A stretch of 62,473 nucleotides of DNA, the filler included, from Choristocarpus tenellus KU-1152 (taxonomy: Eukaryota; Protista; Phaeophyceae), in NCBI GenBank assembly GCA_964200185.2. It is 8 parts of 8 records of this genome, joined end to end, with 100 filler letters (N's around TTAATTAATTAA, not from the genome) between each part and the next. Parts side by side here need not be neighbours in the genome. Positions count along the whole stretch, not along the records: positions 1 to 20,339 come from CAXNAD020000401.1; 7 more parts are not named here. One strand, written 5' to 3'. Made by a program: the position numbers and the translations under genes. Numbering within the stretch: position 1 is the stretch's first letter; every line of letters begins with the position of its first letter. Shown here in pieces: positions 1 through 11,062 of this stretch. The notes below the pieces were generated by a model. It made no database searches and was not told the origin of the DNA. It saw only the letters and a program-made list of their open reading frames with translations.

Positions 1-3
1 TAG

Positions 4-3000
4 GGACTACACCAGCATCATGTCCATGCCAGAGCTAAGCGCCGAAGCTGAGGACCTACCAGATAAGCATGTATTGCGAGCCAACGCATTGCTGGGGGCG
101 ATGGCTCACGCGTTGAAAAACATGTCCCTAGGCGACACTGACATCCCTCAGTGCGTGCTTCGTCCGTGGAAGCGTCTTGGTGAACGGATGGACAGACCAA
201 CCACTAGCTTCAATTCTTTGGACTGGTTCGTCTATAATTTCGATTATGTACCCGAGCGATGCTGTGAAGGTCCTGAGCAAGGAGGGCAGGTGGAGATAAC
301 CAATGGTTGGGCGCAGCTCAAACCAGCTGTGATGGCCTGCGGTGGTATGGTAAGCGGAGTTGTCGTATTGTTGATTGTAAATGCTTGTATTCCCCTCATC
401 CTCGACGTTACTACGCCGCTTCTGTGATCTTTGGGACAAATCAAGACGAGGGATTGGACTCTGTGGATATTTCTCCTGATGTAGAAAGGTTCCACCCAAG
501 GAATCAGTTGTCTTTAACATGAGTGCCTTTCCCGTCCTCCGTTTGCAGGGTGAGTATAACTTCATTATCTCTTGCCACATGATTGAAAGAAGCGCTGCCC
601 GACTACCGGGCGTTGTAGCTCGTGCTCAGCAGGCAATCCTCTCCAACAACCCGGACGCCCTCCGTGTAGAGCTACTCAACCTGCTCACTATTGTGGAGAG
701 GATGACGAAGGCTTTCCTTGGAAGTTCCCCATGCCCAATATCTTCAAAGTACGTTGACCAAGTCACATGGGGCCAAGGTGAAACGATTCGGAACTATGGG
801 TCAATAAACACAACAATTCTTACTTGTGGTTTGTCAAAAGCGCATATTCCCTGCTTCCACACAGTTGTGTAATACCTTTCTCCAGTTGTCACTAGCTGAA
901 CGGGTGGTTTTGTGACCTCAAGCACCCCTCAACCAGTTGAAACCTTCAGCAGCTTGTGGACAATATGAGAAATAGTGTAAGCGGGTAATATCTTTCCTCT
1001 GACAACTGGCCGGGATAATCCCCAAGCTAGAGTGATATGTAGTATTAGAAAATATAGCTACTACTCAACAAGTTGAAACTTTGTTAGTGGGTGGGCAGGT
1101 TTGATACAGCCCTGCCGTCACATATATGTGCATCATCCTAAATTGAAAATCATCTTTCTTGTAGGTCCCATGTGTTGTACACTGCCTGGGAACGATATCC
1201 TCTGCTGGAATCGCTGGCAGCAATCTTCTCCTTGCATCCTTTCATTGCAGTTACCGTTTGACTCGAGCAATGATTTTTATCCTCCTTCTCCCCCTGCATC
1301 ATCCACCTCCCAATTTCACTGCACAACCTGATTTTTTCATTGTGTACAAACTAGTGATTGGACGATGTGCATCTGCTGTGGTGGCCAAGGAAAAGACGAT
1401 TTCAGGCCTACTTTTTCCGAGCATCCACCTCTTGGATGCCTTCCTGGGGCGAGACCCTGGCAAAAGCTACAAGTCAGACATGGGAGTCCTGGCGTCTACC
1501 GACCTCAAGTGTCTACCCAAGTATGTGTGAAGTTCCTCATTAGTTGATGCTAGTAGGCATTGTATCTGCATACGTTACACTGAGGGTTCTGTAGAGATAA
1601 AGTGACCATTTTTATAAGTGGAGACTAATATGCCTTTTGATGCTTTAGTTGGAGTATGCTCTGTGTTGTTTCTTGATCATGTACTTCATGGGTGTTGAAA
1701 GGGTTCTTCTTCGTGTGTAGTGCGCTGTTTATAACCTTGTTTATCTAGAGTGAGTCAAATTAAACGCGAGGTACTCAGGATTGCATTTTTCGGATGCTGA
1801 CAATGTGTGCAAATTTTGGCATTTTTTACAAATGTGTGGAGGATATTTTGTTGATTCTGTCGAAACATTTCGAGCAATAGAAAAATTAACGCTCACAAGT
1901 CAAACTTACCACTTCATCCATAGAAACATGGGTTAATTGCAAAGGATGGAAGCAAATGGCTTAAAATGCAAAAAGGCCAAAACCTGGGTACCTCTCATTT
2001 ACTTCGGCTCAGTAGTACCCACAGGAATCTCAGGTATATGTAAGGCTAGCTTGTTGTGGACCCATTGCGACTATCTGTGCGGACAGTTGTGTGATGCACT
2101 AGGTTTCAAACCTTTCGACCCTGTTGCTCAAGTCACAGGTCGAGCAAAAAATACTCCTGACAAGTGCATGATACTCACAACTTGTGCGAGGGTTCAGGCA
2201 TGAAACAGGCTTACAAAAACAGATATCAGCAACAGGATTTGGTCAAATATTGCTGAAAGAGCTTAATTTTGAAATGGTGAACTAATTTCATTGAATCAAT
2301 TAGAGCGTTGTATGCCTGTGTATTTGGACATCAGGGTTGAAAAGATGTTTATTGCTCATGCGTTGTTGGATTTGGATGCTGTGGCTGTTGGAGTAAAGAC
2401 CGCCTTTGAGTGCTAAATTCGTTTGAAATAAGAAGTTTACCTTTCTGTTGTTTTTTGTCTCTTCCTTTCACCCTCCATACCTTCAAGTGGTTGTGTGGTT
2501 CAAAAAATTCTTTGGTGTTCACGCAGCTTGAGTGATGACGGAATAGTCCGACTGTAAACTCAACTCCAACAAATCTTTGTGTTCGCCTGATTCAACAGAT
2601 ATAGAGTGTGTTTTATTTACGATATACTCAAGTACTCTAAAGTATGTAGTGCTTCAGGATATTTACTTCCAAGATAGATATTGTCCAAGTAGTGATGACT
2701 TGATGAGGATCAAAGTGAGGAAAAGACGGAGATGGGAGGGTCACACACCTATCTTTGCTTAAGCGTCAAAAGTCAAATGGTTGTAGAACAGAAGAATGGC
2801 TTAGAATGTACTCTCGCTCATGTGTCTTCATGTTTTGGGGGAGTTTTTTATTGGTCTGATTATTGCTTACCCTATGAATTACATTACATCATGTGAGAAG
2901 AAATATCGGTCGCAACACAATTTGCCGACATCAATTCACCACGGTACAATTAATGTCGTACCAATGTCCTTGTCTTCCAGAGAGAACATATGATGATCAA

Positions 3001-6000
3001 TACCATTCAATTACCTATCAAGTTGATTGTTATTTTGGGATGTTTGAATTTAAAGTTCAAATGATCAAATTTATTTCTGATTTGCAGGTCATTGAGACTC
3101 GATGACGTTTCTTGGCACGTTTCTTGGTACTTTGTTTCCCTTCATATAACGATACCTACGCGAGTAGGAGCTCGTACTGCGCCCTACCATATAGGACAGT
3201 TTTATTTCCTCTATAGTATGACAGGATGAGGGAACCTTTCGCGTGTATGACCCCCCACCTGCTTACTCTCTTGTAACAATCGCATCATGGGGAAATAAAC
3301 AAAAGGAGAGTCAAACACCTTCCAATATTCTCTCAGATCTCCTTAAGTTATATTTCCTCTTTGGTGAACACTGAGACAACAAGAAGAGCTATCCCTCACA
3401 TTTGATCAGTTAATCTGCGCACACATCACAGGGTTCAATAGGTTTTGATGCTCACACGATTCCCCTTTGCCTCACTACCTCGCCATTGACACACCATGGA
3501 CTAAAGTCAAACATTAATTCATATATTCAAGAGAGAAACGACTTACATAAGTCGTGTATTGCGTACGACTCGGTATATATTTTGTTATCTGCTCGGCAGG
3601 CTCCACCGTGACTTCTTCGATGCAGTAAGAGGGGTATCCTTACTGTCATACATTGAACTCACGAACAGTAAGGAATTCCAGAACATGTTCAGGGAGGTGC
3701 ATAGCCTGTTCGTGGGCAAGGAGGGCTCATTTGGATTCCTTGAGGTGAATAGAGTTGAGGAAAAGTGAACAACACACAATGCAGATTTGCGACACCATAA
3801 TCGATGAACAGCCACCAGATATCTCACTTTCTTGTAGTCACTGATATTAAGGCTGAGCCTATGTGTCTCTACACATCCTCAGGCATTGACGCTGTAGCGC
3901 ACAATAAGTCTAGATGGAGAAGAGCCTTCAAGACAACTATATCCTTTAGACATTGTTTATCTCAACATATCTTATTGTCTCGTGTCTCGTCCAGGTCTCA
4001 ATACAGATTCAGGTTTTAGTGCCTTAGAGCAATCCTCTTGCAACACTGCTGTACCGTAATGGGAAGCCTAAATCACGCAACCTTCTCTCTCCCACTCTGC
4101 CCACTACATGTTTGTCTCCCAACAAACCTAAGGCTCATCGCCTTAAGATAATTGGATTTATGGAGGTAGCAACCAAGACTGGGCGGGCAAAAACAGCCGC
4201 TGGTACAAAGCTTGATATTGGATGGCAGTACCGGCCCTGGCTCAGAGTGAACCAATCCATGCTAGATGCGATGACTGAGCGCCAATGGATGGTGTCTGGT
4301 TCATGTACGTTCACAACTGTGCAGGTGTGTGATAGATAGGAGTGGTAGTCCACATTTCTTCTCCTTCCTCCTTCACACAATAGCACCTCAAGCCCTGAAG
4401 GGAGGTCAGTGACAAATGTTTTCAACACTAGGCCTTCACAAGCGGGCAACATGTTGAGCATATGCTTTGATGTAAGAGTCCAAGTTACCAACTTCACTCT
4501 AAGCTGTTTGCCGGCTGCATTTTGTAAGAATGTGTCCGAAGGACTAGTATTGTTCCATTGGTACATGTGAAAAATATACAGTTTCCATATTTTCTTGCAC
4601 TGTGTTAAAACAACCTTCAGTACAAGAGCAGGAACTTGACAAGGAGGTAGCAGTGATGACCCCCAAAGTGAAACAGTGGCCGAAATTCCACTTGAAGCAA
4701 GCACCTCATTAGAAGATAACAAATTGTGGGCACCAAAATGTAGACTGATGTTTATGATTTCTCTTCAAAAAGGAGTGGAACATACCTGAATACTCCCAGG
4801 AATAGTCCTAAGGTGTGATCCAAGGATAACCGTAAAGCTACGCAGAGACCTAGACGGCTCACTCCATCTAAGGATATTGCATGTATGCAATGAAACTTTG
4901 TGTTTGGTGCTCTAAAGAGAAAAAGAGGTAAATTACACTGATGAAAGCCTATCACTTTATATTGTCAACACCACAAGATTTTTCGTCCAGTGGTTTAAAT
5001 TTCTTGGTAATTCGATACTTAAGGGAGTGCACTTTTGCTGTAGGTGCTACGCCAAATACATGCTGGTCAGTTGAACTGATACCACACTCCCTAAATGTGA
5101 CAGCGAAAGGGGGCTTCAGAGGAAAGGGGGTGTGACCGTCTATGACAGAAAGATGTATATATATACTTCCCAAGTATTATCATTGGATCAAGTGTATATT
5201 TAAAGGCATTTCATGCTCTATTGTAGAAAGAATCATGGCTCCTGGGCACATACGCTCTGATACAAGGGGCCCCATGGGGGTGTGTCTCTAACATCCGAAG
5301 GGGTACCTCTGGTGCCCTTCAAAGGTGGGTCAACGGGTGCTCTCGTGAAGTTATTCATAGTGTGGGTAAGCATAGAAAATCGCCAATACATGATCTCATG
5401 GCAATCCCTAAACTTAATGTACCTGACGAGGGAATCTGCTACATTCTCCACCAATAGAATTCATTATACCATTCACCCCAGCTTTTTTATTAATTGGAGG
5501 GAATAGGGATGTGCTTTTAGGGTTAGGGTTAGGTTTAGGGTTAGGGTTTCACTTCCATATTCTATCCGATTTATCAAAAATACTGTGGTGAAAGTTAAAA
5601 CGAAGTCCATCAATGGAGAACATAGTAGCTCCCACTAACAAGGACAGCAAGTAGAGACCGAGCCATAGCGCAATGTATTGGCACCCAGTTCTTTGGATAG
5701 GAAGTAATTGACGTTGTCAACAGTGGGAGAGGGTGGACGAATCTTAAATTCCAATGTACGGTCCCTGATCTATTGACTCTTGGAGTTTTTCTTTCAATCC
5801 TAGAACAGCATCATATCGGGCAACACTAGAAGAAACCTGTATTGTATGTAGAACCAGACATGCCTGGCACCCCCCATGCCCCAACCACTCTTCCCCACCG
5901 TAAGCCTAGGCTCAAGCCCAACCTCAAAGAAGCCCTGATGATGGAGTGAAAGTATCTTAGAGGGTACGAATTTTGCCCTGTTTGTCCCTTTGGTGCTTGG

Positions 6001-9000
6001 CTCCTCATGGGGTCTTTTTATGACATTTTCCTACTCCAAAATGTTTTGGAGTAGGTAAAATGTGTACGTTATGAAAAGGTGTGTCTGGAACAAGGATATT
6101 GACACTTCCTAACAAATACCATAGCCAAAATTATATCAAAATCACAACATTGGATTTTGACTCCCAAATGGACAGCGCTCTACCCTCTAGGATACTTTGA
6201 CTCATGGCCTCTTATGTACTTGCTTCATGTATCGTTTAGCTCAAGAAATACACCAACCAACCCACCCACAAACAAATTACGCGGGTGCCGTTTCCTGTGT
6301 TGAGCTGTTGGTCCACGTCTGACCTCAGTTTTCATCCGAGTTGCCATGATCACTAGTCAGGGGTCCCGCAAAACACCCATACCTTGTACCGGAACCCGTC
6401 ACCCCCCACGGTTGCACTCACGCACTACAGTACCGTGCAGATGATATTTCCAGTATATTTCTTGCCCCAGAAGTGCGCTGGGTATGTGTCATGTCGTGTT
6501 CCCGCAAAGGCAATACATCATACATTATTTGACCACATCAATGCACCATGATGTATATTAATATTGCACCCACTCTTATGGCTTGACACTTCATACTACT
6601 GTTGTGAATTTTGGTGGAGGAGCTTTACCACTCATGCAGGTGCGCAAGCTTATAGGAGTACCCCCACTCAAAAGAATTTCTAGACCTAACCTAAAATGTA
6701 TACATAAAAATATGTAATGCAAACAGAAAAAATTGCACAACAGCAAATATGAGTAGGGTGCCCCTTATACCTGGGCACCTACATGCCGAGAAAAGCTATT
6801 TCAATTTTGGTGATATTGTAAAATTCATTTCGACAGTTATTTGTACAAGAGTTGTAGATACACTGTTACACTGTATCGAGTAGATCAGCTGAGTCTGCTT
6901 CTACTAGCCTGTACCATCTCATGCCAATATTCCAGCACTCAGTAGGAAATGTAGGGATAATACCCAAATTTGGGCTGGATTCATTTTCCCTTTGGGCTGA
7001 AATTGTAGGCCTTGTTAGAACTCACTCAGAAATATATTACATTCTCTTCAATTCTGACTATCATATTTTAATAGTCCAATTTCTTAGTGCTGCTATCGCT
7101 CTCAAATACAACCAGAGCTGTCTGGAAGATGACAGTGCTTTGGGGTAGTACTCACTCCTTTTTCCGCAAACATTATTGCTTATGTCCGAGCAGTTGCTCC
7201 CTGGGTCATCATAGTAGTATGAACCTTATGTAGAATGACTCGGTACCAAGTTAAAATATCTTTAAGAAACAATATTGCAAGCTCCAGAGTATTTCGAAGT
7301 GTAAAAAGTCTGTATATACTGTATGGTGTCTATCTGTACATCACACCATAGGTGAAACGAGTGGCAACATTGCCTGGAACGGATGCCAAGATGTTGACCT
7401 TCAACATGAAGGAGACTGGACTCCTGTTTCATCCTGGAGATCGTCTATCTGTGTTGCCGTCAAACAGTGACGAACTAGTGAATGAGACATTGGATGCCCT
7501 TGGCGAGGTGAGGGGTACAAAGTATGGGGAGAGCCGTGTTTTTGTCCCAATTGCTTCAACTGATCTCTCTCTCTCTCTCGTAGGCTCTAACCTTTTTTCC
7601 TTCCCCCCAAATTCCCTCAGACTTGTCGTGAATTTTCCAGTCATCTGCCTCTAGTATAAAGCGTATGAGCTACTAGTTGTACTCATACTTGGATATATTT
7701 ACTCTTCTGTTGCTCATACATGTCTCTTATCTCCCTGCTATTGTACCTTGAATCAACCTCCCTGAGCCATGGTCCCTTACTTGTCTTCCTCTCCACCCCC
7801 ACTGTTTCACTGTACCTCATGAACCAGGATGGAGCGCTCCTGATACCCCTTACTAATGAGTGGAAACAGGAGTGTAGGGAGAGACATATTGTCTTAGTCA
7901 AAAATAGTAGTGGCAATGAATTCCTGCCGCTATATGAGTTCCTGAAGCATGCGACTCTACACCCCATGACGCGAGATATTGCAGAGGGCACAATGAAGGC
8001 GATGTACTGCACAAGCACATTTGTCACTCGGAACTATCATCGTCTTCAGCAGGTGCTTCAACGTGATTTCTGTATGTGGAAAATTCTTTGTGTTGTTTTC
8101 TTGATGACTTCTTGTGAAGATCAGAACCTCAACATCGCTACAACAGCAGTACTAGAAATAGAAGTTACATAGATAGTGCCCATTTTGGTTCATTTCAAGC
8201 TTGGAAATTGCTTTGAAGAAGTTGGTGGTCGACTTTGAATTGGATTGGTTATCGCACTTCTCACAGGAGTTTGGAAGGTACATCTTGCCGATGTGCACAA
8301 TTTTATCGTTTGTAAAATCACTGTACTGGGCCAATCACAGAATACTGGTTTTACCACAAACAGTCTACCCTTCCCCTGCTCCGCCAGACGGATTTTGCCA
8401 CCTTTGTATCATTGGTCTTTGCAATCTCACATGTGTCACCAGGCCATGCACTACTGCAGCAGCTTGCATCCATCCTGCCCCCATTGCGCCCAAGAGAATA
8501 CTCCATCGCCTCTGCACCTAATCCACCAACTGCCCCTGAGGAGCTTTCCATTGTGGTAAGTGCAATGCTGCCTTTCCAACACTGGATTAGATAAATTGGA
8601 GATATTGAACAGACTCCTATGCGAATACGGGCACGATATTCTCCATTAATGCCCTCTTGCCACTCTTCTTGTGGACCTAGAGCAGGCTGAACTGGAACAG
8701 CTCTCCCATGTTTTATATACAAGATGTGTTTGCTCGTATAAGAATGTTACCTGCCACCCTGCAGTACAGTTACCTCAACCAACGTTTGGCAATTATTTTT
8801 CCGTTTTTACAATGTTTTTATGGTGGACTGGTCTGACCAGGTGGGTCGAGTGAGATATGGGATCACTGGACCAGCCTGGATCTTTGATTGCTCGAGCTAT
8901 ACTGACGGGAGTGGTAGATCCAATGGGTCGACCAGCAGCAGTCAGGATATAGAGGAGGTGCAAAGTAGCGGTATCTCCTTGGTGGCACCAATGGCATGTC

Positions 9001-9716
9001 AACCGGCAGGTGATCTTTCTCGAAGGAGAGAGGACAAAATTCTCCATGTCATAAGAAACGAAAGACTCAAGCCACCTCCGGCCCCACCAACTCCTTTCCG
9101 TCCAGTTCAAGTTCAAAAAGCACAGAAACATTGTCCACTGATGATGTTCATTGACAATATCGCCGTAGATCACCCTATTGTGGCACAAAATGTCAAGAGT
9201 GCTGTGGTCATGTTTTCCAAAATAAAGGGAGCCACAATGCAAACTGTGGACTCATCAACATACCTCAACTCCACTGTTGAAGGCAATGAAAAGGGATTTT
9301 CCACTGAGCGAACTTGGACTGACTCTGAAAAGGCTATCCTTGAGAAGTGTTGTGCTCTTATGCACAAGCCCTTAAGAGGGGGCAGGTTTGCGAGGATCAG
9401 AATCTGGTTTGTGGAGCTGAGTAGGGTGATCAAGGCAACAAAGGGGGTGATAGGACCTCCCCATCGGACATGGAAAGCCTTGGGGACTCCAAAGGGGATT
9501 GGGGACCTGACAGGGACGGCGTCAAACCTCTTGCTGGACCATGCTGGTCCTGGTCTGCGTTTACCAACAGCCATCTCCCCAGCCCCGAATTTTCGACTGC
9601 CAGAAGACCCAACTGTCCCAGTTGTGATGGTGTCCATAGGGACTGGGGCAGCACCGTTCATGGGATTCCTGCAGGAGATTGCAGTACAGTCAGAGAGGTT
9701 GAACATACGGAGAGAG
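4..9716 (+). CDS. IDO/PrnB-like heme dioxygenase domain fused to CPR/NOS-type FAD- and NADPH-binding reductase (partial, spliced)
   Basis: Phase-consistent GT-AG exons: 4-349, 549-777, 1355-1520, 3600-3744, 4133-4324 (IDO-like: [27 protein letters not shown]; [12 protein letters not shown]; YVDQVTW; [17 protein letters not shown]; [12 protein letters not shown]; [10 protein letters not shown] with likely proximal heme His), then 7352-7507 ([18 protein letters not shown]), 7828-8052, 8388-8555 ([15 protein letters not shown], RxYS(I)AS FAD motif), 8841-9716 (GTASNLL; [34 protein letters not shown]-domain start). 5' end is upstream of the contig and the rest of the NADPH domain is not found. 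Confidence 0.85.
1752..2010 (+). mobile_element. MITE family B copy 1 (PIF/Harbinger-like)
   Basis: TIRs GAGTCAAATTAAACGCGAGGTAC ... GTACCTCTCATTTACTTCGGCTC, perfect 3-bp TSD AGT/AGT; internal blocks (CTTCATCCATAGAAA, GCTTAAAATGCA) shared with 13271-13460. Confidence 0.8.
5517..5549 (+). repeat. Interstitial (TTAGGG)n telomere-like tract
   Basis: ttagggttagggttaggtttagggttagggttt inside an intron of the IDO-reductase gene. Confidence 0.85.
5944..6203 (+). mobile_element. MITE family A copy 1 (PIF/Harbinger/Tourist-like)
   Basis: TIRs GAGTGAAAGTATCTTAGAGGGTA ... TACCCTCTAGGATACTTTGACTC; 3-bp TSD ATG/ATG; non-coding; internal hairpin 6030-6055. Confidence 0.9.
6637..6781. mobile_element. Small (~145 bp) inverted-repeat element, probable MITE
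   Basis: Left CAGGTGCGCAAGCTTATAGGAGTACCCCCACTC versus reverse complement of right end TAGGTGCCCAGGTATAAGGGGCACCCTACTC; flanked by CATG on both sides; A-rich interior. Single copy in the window. Confidence 0.5.
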
Positions 9717-10172
9717 GTGAGCTGTTCCAAGCTATGTATTGTCACCACCTTTGCTTCTTATCTTTCATTTTTCAACATTTCTCGTGATGGGAGGGAATGA
9801 GTTGTGCTACCTTCACAATCCCATGAGAAAATATGTGTTCCTTTCTACATTGACTCCCACCCTTCCGGCCCCCACTTCCCACCATGAACCCCTTCTACAA
9901 TTCCTAAACTGCTCGCAGATGTATCAACCTCGAGTGTCTCTTCTTTGTTGTGTCAATCTTTGTGTGTTCCTGCATCATCTGTCCAGAGCAGTTCTTCCAA
10001 GAAACATACATAAAGTGCCACCAGTGCAGATTATCTCCACACTCTGAACAAACCTTGCCCAACTTTCCCCTTGGTACACTTCACGATCAAGTCAATATGT
10101 CTTGTCCTTACATTTAAACCTGATGTAGAACCTGCTTGGATGGCACCACAATTGTCCCGAAAATAAGGGGTA

Positions 10173-10432
10173 GAGCCAAAGTATCTTAGAGGGTAGCGCC
10201 GCGTCCATTTGGGGGCCAAAATCCAATGTTGCGATTTTGTTGTAATTTTGGCTATCGTGTCTGTCAAGAAGTGTCGATATCCTTGTTCCAGGCACACCTT
10301 TTCATAACGCACACATTTTACCTACTCCGACACATTTTGGAGTTGGAAAATGTCATAAAAAAAACTCATGGAAAGCCAAGCCCTAAATGGACAAACAGGG
10401 CAAAACTCGTACCCTCTAAGATACTTTCACTC
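10173..10432 (-). mobile_element. MITE family A copy 2 (flanks do not form a TSD)
   Basis: Full-length reverse copy, GAGCCAAAGTATCTTAGAGGGTAG ... TACCCTCTAAGATACTTTCACTC; flanks GTA vs CTT. Confidence 0.9.
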
Positions 10433-11062
10433 CTTGGTCATGCGCAGTAAAATTATTGCGATGTACACAAAATGCTCCAAAACATCATGATGGAGATTAG
10501 AGCTCTAGATGTCAAGTACTCTTCTTCAAACCTGACTCTAGTATCAGACCTTAGCACAGACTATAGGCAATGTCTTTGCTTTTATCTTGAGCCTTTGTCT
10601 CCTTCCCAAAAGATCCCTGGGTTGCCATCATTTCGAGGTCAAGGTTGTATCTTATAATCCGTCCCCAATTCCACTGCCATTATTAACATCTTGAGTAGAA
10701 TCATATTGCTACGCCCCGAGCTACATGAGCCAAGGATTCATACCAAGTACATGGTTAAAAAGCTCAAATTCTTCACCTTCACTGCTTATGTCAAGCATGC
10801 AGGAGGAAACCTATAGACCAGCATCTGCCCTGACCATGTACAACCTTTCTATATCTGACACTTAGCACGCTTCTTCAAACCCTAGTTTAAGCGGCTGTCC
10901 TGGCCTCGATCCAACTCAAGTCCCAACCACAAGCGATCTTCACCATCAGAATAAAATGCTAGAACGTGTTACATAAGATGCAGATCCTAACAGAACCCAC
11001 CATGACTCCACCTCAAACTGATATAATGACTCCTAACCCCTACCATGCAAAGAAGGCGGCAG

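Noticed and set aside
5826-6008. Recurrent short ORFs with [15 protein letters not shown] or IQCCDF
   Set aside because: Chance translations of MITE A in different copies and frames, with frameshifts; not a protein family.
1-9716. Canonical nitric oxide synthase or cytochrome P450 reductase
   Set aside because: No NOS oxygenase Cys-heme motif and no FMN/flavodoxin domain; the N-terminus is IDO-like.
9170-9748. 192-aa minus-strand ORF, and similarly 20664-21248
   Set aside because: Antisense shadows of real plus-strand exons.
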